A stretch of DNA of 64,000 nucleotides from positions 451,053-515,052 of the forward strand of contig CAYVLY010000001.1 of assembly GCA_964452565.1 (NCBI GenBank). Direction: 5' to 3'. The notes beneath the pieces were generated by a model. It was not told the DNA's origin and searched no databases. It saw only the letters and a list, made by a program, of their open reading frames with translations. Every line of letters starts with the position of its first letter. The first letter of the stretch is position 1. The stretch is from an uncultured Gammaproteobacteria bacterium (GTDB taxonomy: Bacteria; Patescibacteriota; Patescibacteriia; UBA9934). The position numbers were made by a program, and so were the translations under genes. This document shows positions 60,653-64,000 of the stretch, piece by piece.

Positions 60653-60982
60653 TCAGTCGATGTTGGCGATGGGGCAAAGCACCACCGTGCCATCGATTGC
60701 CACAGCCCAACCTTCCCAGACTGTAGCGCTTTCAGTATCGCGCCAGTCGTCGAGGGGAAGGTTGGGAAGCTGATGCTCCAGCTCCACCCTCAGCTCGTCG
60801 TTCTTGCCGATTTCGTATATCTCTTCAGGGGTCAGTTCCCTGCCCCAGAGATATTCGATCATCGGAACGACGCTTTCAGATCCCTCCACATAGCAGCCAA
60901 ACACTCTAGCGATCGTCATGGGGTCAAACCCCTGGTGCGAGGCGAGAATAGCAGTAGTGGGGGTGGGGGTCGAAGCAGACAT
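60653..60982 (-). CDS. GC-rich orphan protein
   Basis: AAGGGAG SD, GC3 bias, promoter 61105-61133, terminator after stop. Confidence 0.7.
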   Translation of the reverse strand: MSASTPTPTTAILASHQGFDPMTIARVFGCYVEGSESVVPMIEYLWGRELTPEEIYEIGKNDELRVELEHQLPNLPLDDWRDTESATVWEGWAVAIDGTVVLCPIANID

Positions 60983-61258
60983 GAGGTCTCCCTTGCGGGT
61001 TCGTCAGACGAGATTGTCTAACGGTGGCCGACCTCAGTCGGACACTAAGTCGTGTGGATGCCAACCCATGCGACCATGAACATACTCTTTCAATGAACAA
61101 CAGAATAATAGCACAAAAAAGCACTTTTGTCAAGAGTTTTGCTTGATTTTTGGGCTAATTTAAAACAAAAAACTCAACCACCTATTCCTTTTATAGCGAT
61201 CTCACTATTAACTTGGATTCATGTTCCAATCTCTGACTTCTGCTATAATAAAATCACT

Positions 61259-62185
61259 ATGAAACATGAAAAAACAATAGAAAAGATTGCGCTAGTATGT
61301 TCGGTGATTCTGCTGGCAGTCTTCCTCTTCAAAGATGCTCATTGGTTCTGGGTTGACGCCTCGTTCCTATTGACTATCTTCATCCTTACAAGTCTGACAA
61401 GGACTCTAAAATGGTCCTGGGGGTTGATGACATTCTTGCAGGGTATGTTTATAAGCTTTGGTCTTACCTTTCTGTTTGGTGCTTTGATCACAGCGTTAGG
61501 TGCTGAGCCACATACTATTATTCGATCAATACTTGTTGGGCCAGCTGAAGAACTTTTCAAGCTTGTACCTGTATTAATAGCAATAGTGATATTCAAACAA
61601 TTCAGAAAACGTCCATTCAATCTTTCAGACTTTGCATTCCTTGGAGCTATGGCTGGCGGAGGCTTTAGCATGGTGGAAAAGTTCTTCTGGGAAGGAATAC
61701 ACTTCCCATTCACCTATGGACCTCACCTCGGAGATTGGTACTTGTTTGGTGACGCTCTTGGAGTCTATGCTGGCGGAGGTCAATTCGGATATATAGGCCA
61801 CGCAGCAGCAACAATGCTAATAGCAATTGGTATTGGATTTGCATGGCGACTTGCAAAGCAATACCCCGGCAAACCATGGCAGCTTATTCCGATTATTGTA
61901 TTCGCATGGGTAGCAATTGAGCACATCATTTTAAACAGCTACTATGCTGGAGCAGATGCAATTATGATTCTTGGCGGTGGAATGATAACTCCATGGATTG
62001 GACTTCTAATGTTGATCGGTGTACTGGCCTGGGACTTCTTGGATCAAAGACAACTCCTACAAGACAAGCGCTGGAAAAAGATATGGAAAAAAGCTTGGTC
62101 AATCAAATCAGTAAAGGATGTCGTGCAACTGTTTAGATTCTTACGCGTTCTCAATCTTGAAAGTTTAGACAAAGCTTACAAATAG
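61259..62185 (+). CDS. PrsW-family intramembrane glutamic protease
   Basis: GPAEELFK (EExxK), GGGFSMVE, HAAAT, EHIILN; multi-TM. Confidence 0.85.
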   Translation: MKHEKTIEKIALVCSVILLAVFLFKDAHWFWVDASFLLTIFILTSLTRTLKWSWGLMTFLQGMFISFGLTFLFGALITALGAEPHTIIRSILVGPAEELFKLVPVLIAIVIFKQFRKRPFNLSDFAFLGAMAGGGFSMVEKFFWEGIHFPFTYGPHLGDWYLFGDALGVYAGGGQFGYIGHAAATMLIAIGIGFAWRLAKQYPGKPWQLIPIIVFAWVAIEHIILNSYYAGADAIMILGGGMITPWIGLLMLIGVLAWDFLDQRQLLQDKRWKKIWKKAWSIKSVKDVVQLFRFLRVLNLESLDKAYK

Positions 62186-62189
62186 TCAT

Positions 62190-62501
62190 ATGGAAATATT
62201 AGAACTAATCGATTTAGTCGGTGCATTCCTCGACGGACACGCTGCATCACAAGGTAGTGGCGGAACATTGGCAGGAATCCTTGGAATATCACTTGGTGGC
62301 GCTGGTGGTTTCAGCTTTCACAGAGCAGCAGCCACCTATGTCGATCCAGATCATCCGCTGGCATATGGCAAGTCCACACCCGCCGAACCAATACCAAAAT
62401 CACACCACGACCCACGCATTGATGCACTTTGGCGCGGAGAGCAACCAACTACTCTCGCTGATATAGCTGAAGCGGCTCGAGAAAGCGGGGCAATAAAATA
62501 A
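62190..62501 (+). CDS. Small Gly-rich hypothetical protein co-transcribed with PrsW-like gene
   Basis: 4-bp gap after PrsW gene; terminator aaaagaagcg/cgcttctttt follows. Confidence 0.7.
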   Translation: MEILELIDLVGAFLDGHAASQGSGGTLAGILGISLGGAGGFSFHRAAATYVDPDHPLAYGKSTPAEPIPKSHHDPRIDALWRGEQPTTLADIAEAARESGAIK

Positions 62502-62543
62502 TGGACATAAAAAAGAAGCGCAAACGCGCTTCTTTTCTCATCT

Positions 62544-62691
62544 TAGCCACACTGCGAGCACGTTCATGCTTATCCCCGGGCAGGAGAACGGAATAGCATT
62601 TTGCGTGACATTTATCCATATAAACAAATGGAGCTCAAAATGCCCGTTTGTATGTCAGGGGTAATGCATGGACAGCGCAGCACTGTGGCTA
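62544..62691 (+). ncRNA. Candidate structured ncRNA (nested stems + pseudoknot)
   Basis: Five nested helices; G-U pairs favour + strand. Confidence 0.45.
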
Positions 62692-62703
62692 GCAGTTTCT
62701 TTT

Positions 62704-62834
62704 CCCCATTTCTTTGCTGCTTCAAAGAAATGGGGCCCTGGGCCTGCCTGCCGGCAGGCAGGGGTTTGGGGGACGGAGTCGCCCCCAAGGAGTTATCGAG
62801 ATTCAAAAGATCCCTCGACTTTGCTCGGGATGGG
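62704..62834. repeat. Cluster of palindromes incl. CCTGCCTGCCGGCAGGCAGG and a family-A half element
   Basis: ccccatttctttg/caaagaaatgggg; 20-bp palindrome 62743-62762; agatccctcgactttgctcgggatgg. Confidence 0.75.
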
Positions 62835-62882
62835 TTAGTGCTACATTTTTTGCTATAATAACAACGATATTAACAAGGAGGT

Positions 62883-63872
62883 ATGTCACTTTCGAAGTCA
62901 ATGGATACTTACACAAAAATCATCAAGAAAGCTTGCGAAATTACGCTTGCGCAAAAAGAATGGTGGGCGCTGGCTGCGCTTGCTGGACTCGTGCACACAG
63001 GAGCGATTTTCAACATGCTCATTCGATCTTTCTTGCACTTACAACCCGCAACAGAACTAGATGTATCGGCGCTACAGCAGATCAGCCCATTCTTTGCATG
63101 GGTGCTAAGCTATGCGCGTAATCTAACACTTCTCGAAACCCCACATCTTTTGGGTTACCTCTTAGTATCGGTCGTGGTATTCGTAATCATTGCGCTCTTA
63201 GCGCTTACAGCTCAGTACATTCTCCTATTTATCGTATCAAAAGGAAAAAAGAACATAAGTTGGAGGATGATCCGAAGAAAACTTCACCATATCCATATCT
63301 TGCGACTCTTTAGCGTGAACGCTGTGATGAGAATTCTATTTACAATAATTATTGGACTTACAACCTTGGCACTTGCGTTTGCAGTAACTGAATCACTTTT
63401 TGTAGATGCACTTTGGAGCGTTGGAATCTATGCAGTAGCACTTCCACTTGCTTTCATAACCCAAATCTTTGGAATGCTGTGCTTGATTCAACTTGTAAAA
63501 AAAGATATCAGTCTAGGAAAGGTGATTCACAAAGTAACAAACCTGCTACACAAGCACTGGCTAACTGCTTTTGAACTTGCGCTGATACTATTTGTGATCA
63601 ACTTCCTAACTTCAGGCGTGCTCTTTGTTGTCTTGATCTGCTTTGCGATCTTAGCAGGTATCGCATTTGAAATGGCGCTTGCAGTTGGTTCATACATCCT
63701 AATGTCAGTCGTGACATTCCTCTCACTGCTAATCTCAGCTGCGATCCTTCTTATCTATGCTGGAGGAATCACAACATTTAACTACAGTGCGTGGACAAAG
63801 CTGTCTGACCACCTAAATAGGTATCCACACTTCCCTGCAATTGAACACGCAATAAAAAAGTTTATTAAATAG
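62883..63872 (+). CDS. Multi-pass membrane protein
   Basis: 329 aa, ~6-7 TM segments. Confidence 0.8.
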   Translation: MSLSKSMDTYTKIIKKACEITLAQKEWWALAALAGLVHTGAIFNMLIRSFLHLQPATELDVSALQQISPFFAWVLSYARNLTLLETPHLLGYLLVSVVVFVIIALLALTAQYILLFIVSKGKKNISWRMIRRKLHHIHILRLFSVNAVMRILFTIIIGLTTLALAFAVTESLFVDALWSVGIYAVALPLAFITQIFGMLCLIQLVKKDISLGKVIHKVTNLLHKHWLTAFELALILFVINFLTSGVLFVVLICFAILAGIAFEMALAVGSYILMSVVTFLSLLISAAILLIYAGGITTFNYSAWTKLSDHLNRYPHFPAIEHAIKKFIK

Positions 63873-63874
63873 TT

Positions 63875-64000
63875 ATGGCTGATGGATTGCCATCAATTGA
63901 AGATCTTCTGAAAAAATCTGCGCCAGCACCGCAGCCTATTTCTGATGCAAAAGAAGAAGAGGTAAAGGGGGCAGAAGTGGTAAAAGAGGCAGAGGAGCCA
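63875..64000 (+). CDS. Partial CDS (N-terminus only)
   Basis: ATG 2 bp after previous stop, MADGLPSIEDLLKKSAPAPQ..., open to window end. Confidence 0.6.
   Translation, partial: MADGLPSIEDLLKKSAPAPQPISDAKEEEVKGAEVVKEAEEP

Noticed and set aside
62560-62600. SAM-I riboswitch or SRP RNA (CTTATC; CAGG...TAGC)
   Set aside because: Remaining consensus elements and the GNRA-capped SRP helix are missing

Overview
Core-chromosome segment of a bacterium that is very likely Patescibacteria/CPR (Parcubacteria-type). This is inferred from the rpmD/L30 gap in the spc operon, AT-rich SD-less starts on housekeeping genes, split comEC, a PaaX/Cas2-like gene and a pilin-like gene. Standard genetic code: TGA terminates infB, gdh and truB. 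Bases 1-16.8 kb hold the str/S10/spc ribosomal cluster on the minus strand (rpsL-rpsG-fusA ... tuf-rpsJ ... rplO-secY). The rest is housekeeping (murA, ndk, comEC, leuS, gdh, trxB/trxA, infB, truB, rny, HU, proS, 2 tRNAs, rnc, nusB, rpmF, gyrA, rpsA, ftsH), interspersed with about 15 GC-richer orphan cassettes, most with their own promoter, SD and terminator. Highlights: (1) two dispersed homologous units (12.3-12.8 kb, 46.7-47.1 kb) encode a small protein with a GAGGLAPLGVxIPPPxxCP core and share an upstream motif, 5'-3' end pairing and an SD-sequestering hairpin; (2) a ~180-aa nucleotidyltransferase-like domain is inserted in LeuRS; (3) REP-like palindromes sit in frame in rpsE, leuS and truB; (4) a PaaX/Cas2-like gene is bracketed by a 36-bp palindrome and a copy of it at its start codon; (5) an Ala-identity tRNA/tmRNA-TLD-like element; (6) a candidate pseudoknotted ncRNA; (7) a cassette with two in-frame TGA codons. 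No CRISPR array, rRNA, integrase or transposase was seen. All calls are by eye from sequence; no database searches were run.
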